Part shown: in pieces, positions 14,214-27,745 of the stretch
How positions within the stretch are numbered: the first letter of the stretch is position 1
Layout: the number at the start of each line of letters is the position of its first letter
Assembly (NCBI GenBank): GCA_964016885.1
Contig: OZ024741.1
Span: forward strand, 212,908,001-212,972,000
From: Eledone cirrhosa
Lineage: Eukaryota
DNA length: 64,000 nucleotides
Direction: 5' to 3'
Position numbers and translations under genes: made by a program
The notes under the pieces: model-generated
Told to the model about the DNA's origin: nothing
What the model saw: the letters and a program-made list of their open reading frames with translations, nothing else
Databases searched by the model: none

Positions 14214-16381
14214 ATGCGAAAACACAACATCGACTTCTCCACCAAGAAGATCCCAGTTCCGCCGAAAAAGCTTTACCTCCGGATGCTCACGCAAAAAATC
14301 GACCTCTTTGCGAAAAGACTTAGATGGAGAACTTTTTTCTACGACAGATATTGCGACAATCAGGACTTCAGTACCAAGGAGAGATTCGGATTTAATACCT
14401 ACAAATCTCCCCCTCCGAACCCTATGCTCTCACCCTTCGAGAATGACCTTTTACATCTGGTCAAGAACATTAAATTCAAACCCAGACACAACCGATTCCT
14501 ACAAAAAAACTCCGTAGCAACTTAACAGAGTATGATAACACCAATGACATCATGGTGCACTCAGATAAAACTGGTTACCTCTACTTCGTCAACCCCGATA
14601 GATACCACACACTGATCAGGAGCAGCCTAAACTCCACCTATAAAAAGGCTAATCACTCATGCATCGAGGACATAAATCGAGATGGACAACCAATTACCTC
14701 CAGCCTCGGGGTCGCCGACCGCACGGAACCCCTAGACCTACGGACACCCTACTTCACACTGAAAGACCACAAATCCGATTTCGACTGTAAACCTTCTATC
14801 AGGCTTATAAACCCAACGAAGTCCGACATAGGGAGAATCAGTAACAAAAATCCTAGACCGCGTTATACCAAAAGTTAAGCAAAACGCCAGACTTAGCCTA
14901 TGGTTCAACTCCCAGGAAGTAATCTCATGGTTCAGCAATATGGAGGACAGACGAGACACAAAATTCATCCAGTTTGACATAGAGAGTTACTATGCTTGAA
15001 TTACCTTACCGCTACTTACGGCTGCCTTGGACTTTGCCGAGACACTTACGCCCATCACCGACCAGGAAAGAAACCTCATCCTCCACGCCAGGAAGACAGT
15101 CTTACTTTTCGACAACTCCAAATGGATAAAGAGAGCTCCCGACTCACCCTTCGACGTCAGCATGGGCGCCACGGATTCGGCTGAGGTCACAGATCTTATA
15201 GGATTATTCCTACTAGTTAAACTCACCGATATGTTTCCTGCATTCGGCGGTAGATTGTACCGTGATTATGGACTCCTTACCCTTAAAGGGTCCAACCACA
15301 GTAGTACAGACCGGGTCCGTAAACAATTAATCAGCTTCTTCCGCGACTGGGGATTTAAAATAACCCTACAAACGTCCCTGACACGAGTAAACTTCCTGGA
15401 CGTTACCCTTGACCTCGATAATGATCTGTACTACCCATACAGGAAACCCAACGACAACCTGCACTACATCCACCACCGGTCAAACCATCCTAGGAACATC
15501 ACAAATAACCTGGTTAAAAACATCTCCCTCCGCATATCTCGTTTGTCCGCTAATGAGCAGTTATTCGAGGAACATGCGCACTATTACAACCAGGCCCTCA
15601 AGCGGAGTGGTTTCCGGGAGGAAATATCCTACTGTCCAGCTTCCATTAGCGGAACGAGCAGGCGACACCGCCGCTCACGCAATGTAACATGGTTCAATCC
15701 TCCCCACAACGCCGAGGTGATAACTCCTATCGGGAAAATCTTCTTTAGGCTCATCGAAAAACACTTCCCACTACAACACCGCTACCACAACATAATCAAC
15801 AAAAATACCATCAAACTCTTTTACAGCACCACACCAGACTTTGCACAAAACATAGTCTCCTCTAACAACAAAAAACTCAACCCCTATGGAAGAAATAACC
15901 TAAATAGCATTGGAGAGCCGACCAGGAGATGCAACTGTCCTGGTGGATCCATTTTCCCCCTCGACAACAGATGCAGAGATCGTAATGTGATCTACCAGTG
16001 CAACGTGAGGACGGACACCTCCAACAAAGCTTATATAGGATTAATCGCATGTGACTTCAAGAGCCGGCTATACCAACACAGACATACTTTCCGAAACCCG
16101 GCCCGGCGTCACGCCACCACACTTTCAGGCCACATCTGGGACCTCAAAGATGACAATATTACCTATGATCTCACTTGGAGCTTACTGTCCAGACCAACTC
16201 TTACACGGGAGGACGCCGTCCGTGCAATTTATGCTCGGGGGAAACTTTACAAATGCTGTTTTCGACGGACCAACGCCTAAACAAGAAAGACGAACTGGTA
16301 ACTGCATGCAAACACAGATTGCATAGGACTTACCTCGCCCTCAAACCCCATAATGACCCGGGGGATAGAAAAGGGCTGTAA
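14214..16381 (+). pseudogene. Penelope-like RT plus C-terminal GIY-YIG endonuclease polyprotein (Naiad-like), disrupted
   Basis: accATG at 14214. Motifs FSTKKIPVP...KRLRWRTFF, SDKTGYLY, TLKDHK, RLINPTKSDIGRIS, QFDIESYY, MGATDSAEVTDLIG, LYRDYGL, VNFLDVTLDL, PYRKPND, SNHP, WFNPP, CNC, VIYQC...YIG, CNLC...LNKKDELVTACKH. Frameshifts near 14505, 14850 and 16190; TGA at 14997. Confidence 0.9.
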
Positions 16382-17510
16382 CACCCCATTTGCCGACTTT
16401 GTAATGGGTATCCCCTGCTTGCAAAGGTAGACGTAAGATCTTCTTTCATATCTTTTTATCGTTTCCTCTATATTTCCTTCTTCCCCCATCCCTTCCTAGT
16501 CCTTCCTCCTCAGTTCTCCTTCTTTGTCGTCGTCCTTTTCATTTTCTCGCCCACCCGAGGCAGCCCCTCGGTCCTTTGTAGCCTCCGTACCCCCCATCCC
16601 CATCACCTATTCTATGATAGAATTGGCCGACTCCGCTTTTTATAGCAGATGTGATAGCCCCAGATACTTGCTTTCTTATCCGATAGCTGCCCCATTTCCG
16701 TGCTTTCTACATTTCTTAGTGGTATCTCTGCTTTAATTTCTCGTATATCAGTATTTTTTTTGGGGGGTGGGGTGGGGGGGATTCTGAATTAATTTTTCGT
16801 ATCAAATTTTTCAAATACCTCGTACGAGCATTTATGTAGTTTGCACTGGGTGGTTGCTGGCCTTGTGCCTAGGGTAGAAACAATTATTTCGTATTAGTTT
16901 CGGGACTCAAATTTTTCAAATACCTCGTACGAGCATTTATGTAGTTTCCACTGGGTGGTTGCTGGCCTTGTGCCTAGGGTAGAAACAATTATTTCGTATT
17001 AGTTTCGGGACTCTGAATTATCATTTCGTGGTAGTTTCTTTAGTATTTTGGCCCCCCACTTGTTGACCTGTCACCGTAAGATATACTCGGTTGATTACTA
17101 CTAACTCTTAAAATGGTCTCATTACAATTCCGTCCAACCTAGTAAACTTTTCTATAGTTTAGCAGTACCAGTGAGAGACTTGATGACTGTCGTTAGGGAA
17201 TAGTAACCAGAAATTGTTTTTTTATATTTTTAACATTCTTGGTATTCTTCTATATATTTACTCCATATTGATTTATTTATTGTTTCGACTTCCTCCCCTT
17301 CCCCCTCCCTAGTATACTTGCTTGACCTCCTGCCCTGCTGTAGTTGGCACTATCAACGCACGACTGGGTTTCCTCCACTCCCTCTCCCTCTTTCTTCTAC
17401 TGGCAGGTTCAGCTACCCCTTCCTTCCACAAATTGCCATTATAGAATTGTGTCTCAACAACAAACTTTTGACCAATCCTTGTGACAATCACTTTTACCAT
17501 ATATGGAATT

Positions 17511-17606
17511 ACCCCTTGAGAAGCTGGGCTATTCATATACCAGGATAAACATGTTCATTTAGTCCAGAATTAGCCGTCGAAACGGCTTGAGCTCAGCCGT
17601 TGGGGT
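17511..17606 (+). ncRNA. Type I hammerhead motif in 3' pLTR (variant core UUGAGAA)
   Basis: acccc TTGAGAA gctgggcta...tagccgtc GAAA cggc ttgagctca gccgt t ggggt; stem III acggc/gccgt. Confidence 0.65.
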
Positions 17607-17697
17607 CCTACTCGTTCCTATTACCCACTCTACTACCCTAAGTATTGAGTACTTTGGTGCGTTATGGTCCACCTGGTTCCTTACCACATTTCCTTCG

Positions 17698-17730
<33 letters not shown>

Positions 17731-18495
17731 GTACATATATATACAGAATGCTGTGGAATAAAATCATAATTAACTGATCCTTCTGTATTTTCTATTAAGA
17801 AAACTAGCAGAAAAACCACGTAACGGGTTGTTTTCTGCTACCATCATTAGTGTACATATTGATATTATACGCAAATATACATACATGTAGATATGCTACG
17901 TCAAATAAAATCATAATTGACAATATGCACAGAAATTGAAGGGAGACTGTGTTACACTTTCTTCTGTAATCAGTAAAGTAATCCATGATACATTAAAAAT
18001 AAACGATATTATATATAAACTGCATGACGGCATAATTTTATGAAAAGGAAACAGAAGAAAATTAGAAATATAAACCTTATATAAGATGCAAATATATGAA
18101 CGTTTACATAAGCAATGTAACAAGTGTTATGATATAACGGACGTAACATGAAGTGTTGACATTTGAAACATTTAAAAGAAGTGAATCTTAAAATAAGTTA
18201 TCATTATATATATAAGAATATTTATGTTTAATCAACAGCTAGGAAATTTAGTACATAAATTATATAATATTCATTCATTATTTATTCAAATTATTTTACT
18301 AACGGGATAAAAAAATATAATCAGGACGCCGTCCTGCACCCCCCCCCCCCTCTTATTATATGATCATGAGGGTTTTTTCAGATGTCACACAGGGTGAAAG
18401 TATAAATTAAAGAGATTGAAAATGCAACTGGAGTCGTTTAAGAATATTTTATGAATATTTCTTAAAAGACTTCAGGTGCATTTTCAATTTCTCTT

Positions 18496-18633
<138 letters not shown>

Positions 18634-18775
18634 ATGCATGCGTGCGTGCGTGCGTGTGTGTGTGTGTGTGTGTGTGCGTGCGTGCATGTATGTGTGTTTG
18701 TTTTGGAAGGTTTACCAAATTTTGCATGGATATCAAATCGTAACAATATGACCATCCCCAAATATATATATATAT

Positions 18776-19280
18776 ATTGGAATTGGTGCTCAGAAATAAC
18801 GATGTATAAATGAATATATATATAGTAGATTTGGTAATATTCTATATGCTTAATTAAAAACATTTTGTAGACCTGGCGCTATTATTTTAAAGTAGTGACC
18901 CTGACACTTACTTCTTTTTTCAACAAACAATGGGAGATAAGCTGACAGATCTGTTTCATACTGATTATATTCATGTATACATCGCTATTTCAGATCACCA
19001 ATTCTAATTTTCAATATTTGCTGGACTGGCAATCGCCCTGTATAATCAGTTCCTGATAATTACTGGAATTCTATAAGAATCCAACATCTATAATCTTCAA
19101 CAGGCATCGGCGAGTGCTAAGCTCTGATGATTATCAACAGTATGAAACTGATCTGTCAGCTTATCTCCCTTTGTTTGTTGAAAAAAGAAGTAAGTGACAT
19201 AGTCACTACTTTAAAATAATAGCGCAAGCTCTTCAAAATCTTTTTGATTAAGCATAGAGTATATTGCCAAATATACTATA
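18776..19280. mobile_element. HHR repeat family B insertion (fold-back: partial minus monomer plus one plus-strand monomer of about 312 nt)
   Basis: 18821-18965 is the reverse complement of 19137-19280. Homologous to 45355-45985 and 52142-52430; (TA)n flanks. Confidence 0.85.
19118..19163 (+). ncRNA. Minimal type I hammerhead ribozyme (family B)
   Basis: taagct CTGATGA ttatcaacagtat GAAAC tgatct GTC agctta. The inverted arm preserves the palindromic acagatctgt stem III. Confidence 0.85.
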
Positions 19281-19289
19281 TATATATAT

Positions 19290-19346
<57 letters not shown>

Positions 19347-19888
19347 CACACACAATTACAAATATACATACATGTGTTATTGGTACATACACCTATTATT
19401 CTCACGTATGGTAATATAGATACGTAGCGTTCTATTGATCGAAAGGGACAGTACAGGAATTGCATTCAATAATTCCATGCAAAAACACTTTGATAATCTA
19501 TGCTTTAGGCTGAAAATTGTGACACTCGATTAACGAACGTAGCGTCTACGGTGTATCAAAATGGCTGAAATTCTACTGTTGTCGTTTGAACATTTCCACA
19601 CGCAGATGCTTAATCGTGCAGTTACGGAAATAGTGCATTTGGGGGGAACGTAAGCAATTACGCTCAAGACAAAATCTTGACAGTTGTAATTCCACGGCGT
19701 CCATTGAAATGGTAAGACATTGCGAGCATTAAAATGAATAAAATGAATAAAACTTTAACGTCACGTCTTGTTATCTACATAATAATTTGGGCATTGGATC
19801 TGTGTAAAATGGGTGTGCATGTGACGATGTATTTGCATGTATGAATAATCTATGTATATATGTATATATGTATATATGTACATGTATG

Positions 19889-19922
<34 letters not shown>

Positions 19923-19926
19923 TATG

Positions 19927-20003
<77 letters not shown>

Positions 20004-20035
20004 AAAAGAATTATCGCTCTACATGGCTGAATACA

Positions 20036-20187
20036 ATAAATGTAATCTGAGTTTTTCGAATATTAATAATAATATTAAGAGCAAGAATGAGGGGCTCATT
20101 CTTCTGACATGGCTTTAAAAATGAAGCTGTTTGCATAATGTCAAGCGGATCGAATATTAGTATTAATATTCGAAAAACTCAGATTAC

Positions 20188-20193
<6 letters not shown>
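20036..20193. repeat. Short element with about 33-bp terminal inverted repeats in (TA)n
   Basis: ataaatgtaatctgagtttttcgaatattaata ... tattaatattcgaaaaactcagattacatttat; internal hairpin aagaatgag-ggg-ctcattctt. Confidence 0.7.
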
Positions 20194-20239
<46 letters not shown>

Positions 20240-20256
20240 AAATATATATATGTATG

Positions 20257-20343
<87 letters not shown>

Positions 20344-20902
20344 GGTGGTGGCTGCCAACTCGTTTTCGAGTACGGCCACTACTTTATATCCATGTAGGAG
20401 AACCCCTAGCGATGCGCTGAACGAGTGTGACTTTTTATTCCAGCCAGCGACTTGAAAACTCTGGTACAAACACTACACTTGTGACAATTATTGACACATA
20501 GTGCTGGACCCATGGTACCATGTAACGACAAGTGCGGAGAGGTATCCAGATATAAAGCAATGCTTGTGCCGTGAAGCTTTTATAGTGAGCAAAGGCACTG
20601 CACAAAGCCAGTCCCACTCTCTTAACCAAGATGACATTTACCAAAAAGAAGAACAAGTCAACATCATTGGATACCATCAGAGTTGCAGGTGTTATATCAG
20701 AGTTTTCTCTGTATGTATATATATATACATACATACATACATATATACATATATACATATATATGTACATATATATATACATATATATATATGCACATAT
20801 ATATGTATATATATTTATGAGATTTTATGTATACATATGTATGTGTGTGTATATGTGTGTGCGTGTGTGTATATGCATTTAAATGTATATATATATATAT
20901 GT

Positions 20903-21608
20903 AAAATTAATAAGGTAATGAATTCTTTTACAATGGAATCAGCTCGAATGAGGAAAAATATATCCCCTGAGCAGTGTATAAATTAATATGTATGTGATGA
21001 AACACAGATACCAACACATCTGTATATATATTGTGAAAGAAAAATTTAGCCAGATTGAAGTATACTAATTATTATACTACAGTTTGTCCATATCGATTTA
21101 AAATAATAAATCAACGGAGACGAACTGTATTGGCAAAAGGCCGTGATGTTTAGACACATTTAAATTTCAAAATCAAACCTGTTCCGTAGATAAGTTTAGA
21201 CTTTAAGATCCAAATATGTTTCGAGTTAAATAAGTGTAGGAATATCATGTCCCGCTCTCCTCAGTAAACATCCGGAGACAAATTGATATGCTTCACTTCT
21301 AAATAATTTAAAAGACTGCGTGGCGCACATGGCTTTACAGTATCTAACTAGTCTCATAACCGTACTGCTAGAAATAACAGTCGTGTATATGAGGCGGCTT
21401 TGCAGCTCAAACTAGGAGCAGATTAAAATTAATAAGGTAATGAATTCTTTTACAATGGAATCAGCTCGAATGAGGAAAAATATATCCCCTGAGCAGTGTA
21501 TAAATTAATATGTATGTGATGAAACACAGATACCAACACATCTGTATATATATTGTGAAAGAAAAATTTAGCCAGATTGAAGTATACTAATTATTATACT
21601 ACAGTTTG
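20903..21608 (+). repeat. Element with about 185-bp near-identical direct terminal repeats (period about 522)
   Basis: aaaattaataaggtaatgaattc...ttatactacagtttgt at about 20903-21087 and 21425-21608; TA-rich flanks. Confidence 0.85.
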
Positions 21609-21644
<36 letters not shown>

Positions 21645-22207
21645 ATATAAATATATAAATGTGTGTGTATGTGTAACCAAACATACGTGTGACATCGGCT
21701 AATTTTAAACTCGATCACTACATTAGAACAGTGAATGTAAACTAAGCTTCTAAGACATAAAGATTGCTTGTTGGCCATCTTAAATAAACTGTATTCTAGG
21801 CAATAGACAATCGAAGATAACAGTTTTAAATGTTTTTGCACATGTGGAAAATGTCGCTTTCTATCTTTACTGACAATAAATTCTAAATTACAACACCGAT
21901 TGCTGACATTTTTATTGCTGATTTCTTTTTATTCACTCTAAATTCGTCGTTCTTTTTCTGTTTATTTGCATCTACTTCTATTTGCTGTGGCAACTCACTT
22001 TAGTAGTGAAGAATCGTAGTTTTCTGAAAGCATTTTATATAGTGTTGTATTAAGAAGTTTATAGATGTTACTATTTTTTTTTACTTCTTTCCAAACTGAA
22101 TGATGTATGGAGGAATGCAACGTGTGTGCTAATGGCGCTAAAGAGGTATGTGTGGGTGTGTGGGTGTGTGTGTGCGTGTGTATGTGTGTGTGCATGCGTG
22201 TGTGCGC

Positions 22208-22266
<59 letters not shown>

Positions 22267-22340
22267 TGTCTGTGTGTGTGTTGCAATATAAATCTGTATG
22301 AAATTGGTATGGTATATGATTTCATTGGAAAATCAAACTT

Positions 22341-22500
22341 TTAACCTTTTTAACGTTTCTGAAGAATTACACTGCTTATGATTTTCAAATAATTTTGAAA
22401 ATCATCAACAATTTTGGGAGGATAGTAATATAAGAAATGTTCACATACGCTGGTTTTGGAAGGTAACTTAATAAAGGTGTTTCGAAGATTTTGGAAAAAA
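22341..22500 (+). repeat. Old dispersed repeat starting ttaacc(c)ttt (possible piggyBac-type MITE end)
   Basis: tttctgaagaattacactgcttatgattttcaaataattttg; diverged copies near 47620-47760, 48180-48260 and 48557-48690. Confidence 0.45.
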
Positions 22501-23535
22501 ATCAAGTAATTTGCGCAAAAGTTGTTTTTGGAGAATAGCTTAACAAAGGCTCTTTTAAAATCAGTTTTGTATCGGTTTCAAACAGTTTGGTATCGAAGTA
22601 GTTTAATGTATAAAATAAAATATCAAATCTGAACTTGAAAATAGCTGAATATTTGGTCTTTTTCCAAAAAAATTTCGACTGCACTGTAAAAAGTAATAAT
22701 AATAATAAAATAAATATTTTTTATTTTGCTTTCGGTTTATAAAAAAATTATTATTAATAGCACATTAAAATCACGTCTGGACTTGACTTTTAAATTATTT
22801 ATTTGGTCTATATCCCCAGTAGTAACAGCAACAATCTTAATGTGATGTATGAAAGACGGAGAACTTATAGGATGGACAGAGTGTCTGATGTAATATATTG
22901 CAGTGTTCCTAACAGCTCTCTTCTTTGCTGGATGGAGTAGCCATTTTCAAAAAGTATTGTAATTGGTGTTGAAATAAGCGTACACATAATTAGTCTAGAA
23001 ATGTAAACAATGTTTTTGGTATTTGTTTTCTGTTTATAAAGTATATGAAATGTAAATCTATATTTCAGTGACAGAAACGATTGTAGGATGAGTAAGATAT
23101 ATTAAAGTATGCACATTCCTGTTAAAACTTTGTTTAGGGGAGAAACCATTTTCTTCAAGTTTTATTGTAGGGAAGATAAGATATCTTCTTCTTCTTCTTC
23201 TTCTTCTTCTTCTTCTTCTTCTTCTTCTTCTTCTTCTTCTTCTTCTAAATTGAGAAGATATATTTAAACTAAAAATATAGACACTAACAGGTGCTGCAAC
23301 AATGTAAAGAAAGCTTCTGTTTGTTACTGTTTCAAACATATTTCTTAACGTATCAAATAAAGGTCAAGTCTGGATTTTGAATGTAGGTAAAATGTTAATC
23401 TTTATTCGAACGAGTAACAACATCCACCGTAGTTTCAATAGCATGGATGGAAGATGAAGAATTTTGGAAATGGTTAGAGGATCTCTGATAAAACAGCACT
23501 CGTTTGTGATGTTGCAATTCAATTCTATTTAGTGT

Positions 23536-23657
23536 AGGGCGGTGAATTGGCAGTATCGGTAGAGGGTTGAACGCCATGCTTTCTAGCATAGTTACGTCCC
23601 TTTACGGTCTGAGTTCAAATCCCGTCGAGGTTAATTTTGCCCAAAGTAGAAACAATT
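23536..23657 (+). mobile_element. tRNA-derived SINE, internally deleted
   Basis: agggcggtgaattggcagtatcggtagaggg head and B box, joined directly to the caaagtagaaacaatt tail. Confidence 0.8.
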
Positions 23658-23699
23658 CTGTTTAGAGTAGTAGCCGTTTTCTTAAAAACTGCATTTCTA

Positions 23700-24400
23700 T
23701 ACAGTGAACATTTAAGAGATAGATTGTATTCCAAACCAAAGTTAAATGTAAACAGATTTTGATTGCAGCAATGTAAACACTGTTGATTTTTGGAGTGGAC
23801 GGATAGCACGGGGACCAAGAATTGCGTGGATATTTCAGTTGATGCCAAAATCATCTGGGCAATGTTGATGATATATTTTCCACATCATATAGATGATGAA
23901 GCGCTCTCGGTTGTATTGGAGAGAGTAGAGTTTCAGATTTTCTAGTCGACCCCAATAGTCAAGGCCTGTTATGGCATGTATCTGTTTTATAATTGAAATT
24001 TGATGTACAAGACATTTTATATTACTTTGATTCATGGGAGGCGACCAGAGTGGACAACAGTATTCAAGGGGGTGGGGGTCAAAGAAAGTTTAAGAATCCA
24101 GGAACACATCTTTCGTGTCATCTCACCTTTTTTTGTTTATGTGAGTATTGCAGCTTAAGTTGTCAACAATTACTCCAAGGTCTCTGGTGTTGTTGGAGGC
24201 CACGAGGGTTTCATTTCAGTGCATCCCCTTTTCCAAAATGGATTAGTTTAATTTAATCTTCGTTTAATAGCACATTGATTTCTTTTTCAGCCAAGCAGAT
24301 CCGATTAAGGGCTTGTCCGCTCTTCCACTCCGTTGATGAAATCATCTGCGCAAATTCTTTTGTTGCTGTGCTTGATGATGTCAATAATGTCATTGATGTA
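23700..24400 (-). pseudogene. Highly decayed CR1/L2-group LINE ORF2 fragment
   Basis: Minus-strand translation ITGLDYWGRLENLKLYSLQYNRERFIIYMMWKIY resembles the YxERLxxLxLYSLxxRRER C-terminal motif of CR1-group LINEs. Confidence 0.65.
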
Positions 24401-24449
24401 AATTTATATATGTATAGGTTAATATACATGTATGTATGTGTGTATGAAT

Positions 24450-24569
<120 letters not shown>

Positions 24570-24876
24570 TTTCAGTCAAAAACTTATTGGCGAAACAGAA
24601 TCTCTTTGAATTTGTACGTGTCTGTTATATAGTTATAGAGGTGCGTATTTACACTTTAGTTTATATTTTTAATTATCACGTCTCTCGGTGCCTTTCATAG
24701 GTTATTTATTCCATACACTGGTGGTTTTCTCTGTTTTATTGATGCCGCACTATCTCTATCTAGTGTGCTACCTTTTCAACATATTGTATTTGAAAGAGCT
24801 CAGGATTCCTTGATCTTTGAGCACATAATTGACAGGGAATAGCGAGGCTCTATGGCTCCGTTAATTTATCGTGATA

Positions 24877-24907
<31 letters not shown>

Positions 24908-24927
24908 TTGTATGTATAATATGTATA

Positions 24928-24993
<66 letters not shown>

Positions 24994-25023
24994 TATGTAT
25001 ATATATATATATATGTATATATG

Positions 25024-25084
<61 letters not shown>

Positions 25085-25536
25085 ATATATATATAGAGAG
25101 AGAGAGTGAGGTGAGTATATATGTATATTTATATATTTATATATTTATATATATATATATATATATAATATATATATATATATATTTATACACACATCCA
25201 TAAATATACACTTATGTGGAGTGACAAAAAAAGTCTGTAGGACAAAGACCATTATAAGAGATATGTTAACACGGTTTTATTATTACATTGCAGATATATA
25301 TGATTGATTAGCTGGCTTTGACCTAAAGCTATACAGATTACTCAGTCACAATTAATTAAATGGCTGACTTTTTATTGTGCGCTGTTGATGCTTTTTTTGT
25401 TGTTGTTTTTTTACCCTGCTTTTATTTGCTGCTTGTTCGGATAATCGATCCTCTTAACATCTGGTTTCTTATCTCATCTAAATATAGTAACTGAAAACAC
25501 TGATTTCACTTGAGTCGCATTAGGTCATTTCATATA

Positions 25537-25590
<54 letters not shown>

Positions 25591-25593
<3 letters not shown>

Positions 25594-25718
25594 CGAAGGA
25601 AGTGTGGTAAGGAACCAGATGGACCGTAACGCACCAGAGAACTCACTACCTAGGATAGTAGCGTGGATAATAGGAAAATGTTCAACCCCGACGGCAGAGC
25701 TCAAACCGTTTCGACGGC
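25591..25718 (-). mobile_element. Solo 3' end of the Penelope-like pLTR
   Basis: Reverse complement of gccgtcgaaacgg...ccttaccacacttccttcgtta (compare 17573-17700); in (TA)n. Confidence 0.85.
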
Positions 25719-25782
25719 GTGTATATATATATATATACACACATATATATATGTATACATATATACACACAGACACACACAG

Positions 25783-25821
<39 letters not shown>

Positions 25822-25836
25822 TGTATATATAAATTA

Positions 25837-25970
<134 letters not shown>

Positions 25971-25982
25971 TATATATATATA

Positions 25983-26622
25983 AACTAAAAATTGATTGAC
26001 ATATATATCTAAAATAATCATATGAAACAATCACAGGGAATAATTTGTAAAAGTGTGTAAGCACACATAGCTAGGTAGGTAACTAATTAAAGTTTAATTA
26101 GAACTTAAAATATAGATACCTTATAAATTGATTAATCTTCTTTGTATATATTTCATTAAAGAAATATATTTCACCATCAATCGATCGGTAAACCACAGTA
26201 GCCAAATTCTGTATTTTCAACAAGGGAGGTGATCTAACTATCTGTGTTTACACAGCAAATTCAAATCTGCGAATGACTAGCAACACCTGTTGCATTTTTT
26301 AAAAATACACACATCGTACCAGCTTCATCCCAGTGGCGTGAATATGGTTATCGACAACCAGAAATAGCAGCCGAGTCCTTTCAACTGAGTTAGCTCTACA
26401 ATTCAGGGGCCGTATATATATCCACATTTAAATTAAGGGTGTCATGTCAAATAGACATGCGCCACAGCCACTTTAGAATATGCTCCAAGATTCCAATGAA
26501 TAGATCCGATGATTTTATATTAACTAGAAATTGATTGACATATATATATATATATCTAAAATAAACATATGAAACAATTACAGGGAATAATTTGTAAAAG
26601 TGTGTAAGCACACATAGTTAGC
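25983..26622 (+). repeat. Element with about 95-bp direct terminal repeats (period about 539)
   Basis: aacta(a/g)aaattgattgacatatatat...gtgtgtaagcacacatag at about 25983-26073 and 26522-26622. Confidence 0.8.
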
Positions 26623-26658
26623 TATGTATGCTTACACACTTTTATTGTTTCATAAGTT

Positions 26659-26710
<52 letters not shown>

Positions 26711-26744
26711 AATATAGTATACCTATGTACTATAAATTCATGTA

Positions 26745-27082
26745 GCTTAGCATGGCATTACATTGGCTCCCCAGCTGGGGAGTTTAAGAAAAGGTGGTAC
26801 GTCCATAGACACTCTATGATTAACAGTAACCTCTTAAATACAACGACTCTTGCCAATAAAATCTGGCAACTCAAGGATGCAAACATGGAATATAAAATCA
26901 GCTGGACGAAGCTATCTTAAACAACGGACTATCAAATTGGTATGTTCCACTGCAGTCTGTGTAATATGGAACTTTTCCAAATTTTAAATTACAAGAAAAT
27001 GCTTCTTAACAGTAAAATTGAAAGAACTATTTTCTGTCGAGATAAAACGGCGACCAAATTCCACAACTTTAGACCAGCTTAA
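26745..27082 (+). pseudogene. GIY-YIG C-terminus of a second, diverged Naiad-like Penelope element (5'-truncated)
   Basis: YIGSPAGEFKKRWYVHRHS...TTTLANKIWQLKD...YKISW...CSLCNME...LLNSKIE...CRDK aligns with the end of the 14214-16381 frame; one internal stop at 26918. Confidence 0.85.
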
Positions 27083-27649
27083 TTTCATCTTATCTATTCC
27101 AGAACCCAAATTGTTCCACTTAGATCTATGATAATATCACGTTATCATCATCATCATCATTATTTTTATAATTGTCATCATCTATCAATGAACAACATCG
27201 AAACCTCTTATATTTACATTCTTATTTTATATATTTCTATCTTTCACTCTCTCTCTCTCTATTTCTCTCCCTAAATTTATTTCATCTCTGACATTTTATT
27301 TTATCATATAATATACCTTACAACTAATTAATTAATGTATTTATACACACGTAAATATATTTAACATTGTCATATTTATACCTTCGTATCTCTATATTTT
27401 AGCCACTCTCAAAAACCACTTTCAATAATCTTAATATGTTTAAATTCTCTTCACACATTTTTATATTTTTACTTATTTATTTTCATATTCTCATTTTTTT
27501 CCTTTCTCACATTTTATACCATTTTGTATCATATTAGATGTAATTTATTTATTTATTTATTTATTTATATATTTATATATTTATTTATTTTTATTTGCAT
27601 TTATTCATGTATTAACGTTTATTCATTTATTGTTGATATCATTATTTTC

Positions 27650-27745
27650 TAACTTTGCCTTTCATCCTTACGGGGTCGATAAAATAAAGTACCAGTAATA
27701 CACTGGTTAATTGCTGGCCTTGTGCCTAACGTAGAAACAATTATT
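27650..27745 (+). mobile_element. SINE 3' half
   Basis: taactttgcctttcatccttacggggtcgataaaataaagtaccag...gtagaaacaattatt. Confidence 0.85.

Larger units (their letters stand above)
13068..17701 (+). mobile_element. Full-length Penelope-like retroelement (probably Naiad clade): inverted partial pLTR, pLTR, ORF, pLTR
   Basis: 13068-13213 is the reverse complement of about 13897-14043. Direct repeats of about 900 bp at about 13213-14123 and 16781-17701 flank an RT/GIY-YIG frame. (TA)n on both sides. Confidence 0.92.

Noticed and set aside
14997-14999. In-frame TGA in the Naiad-like RT as possible selenocysteine (some Naiads encode selenoproteins)
   Set aside because: It lies at a Ser position of motif A (FDIESYYA*IT versus FDIxxFYPSI), one change from TCA. 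The ORF also has frameshifts, and I see no convincing SECIS after 16381.
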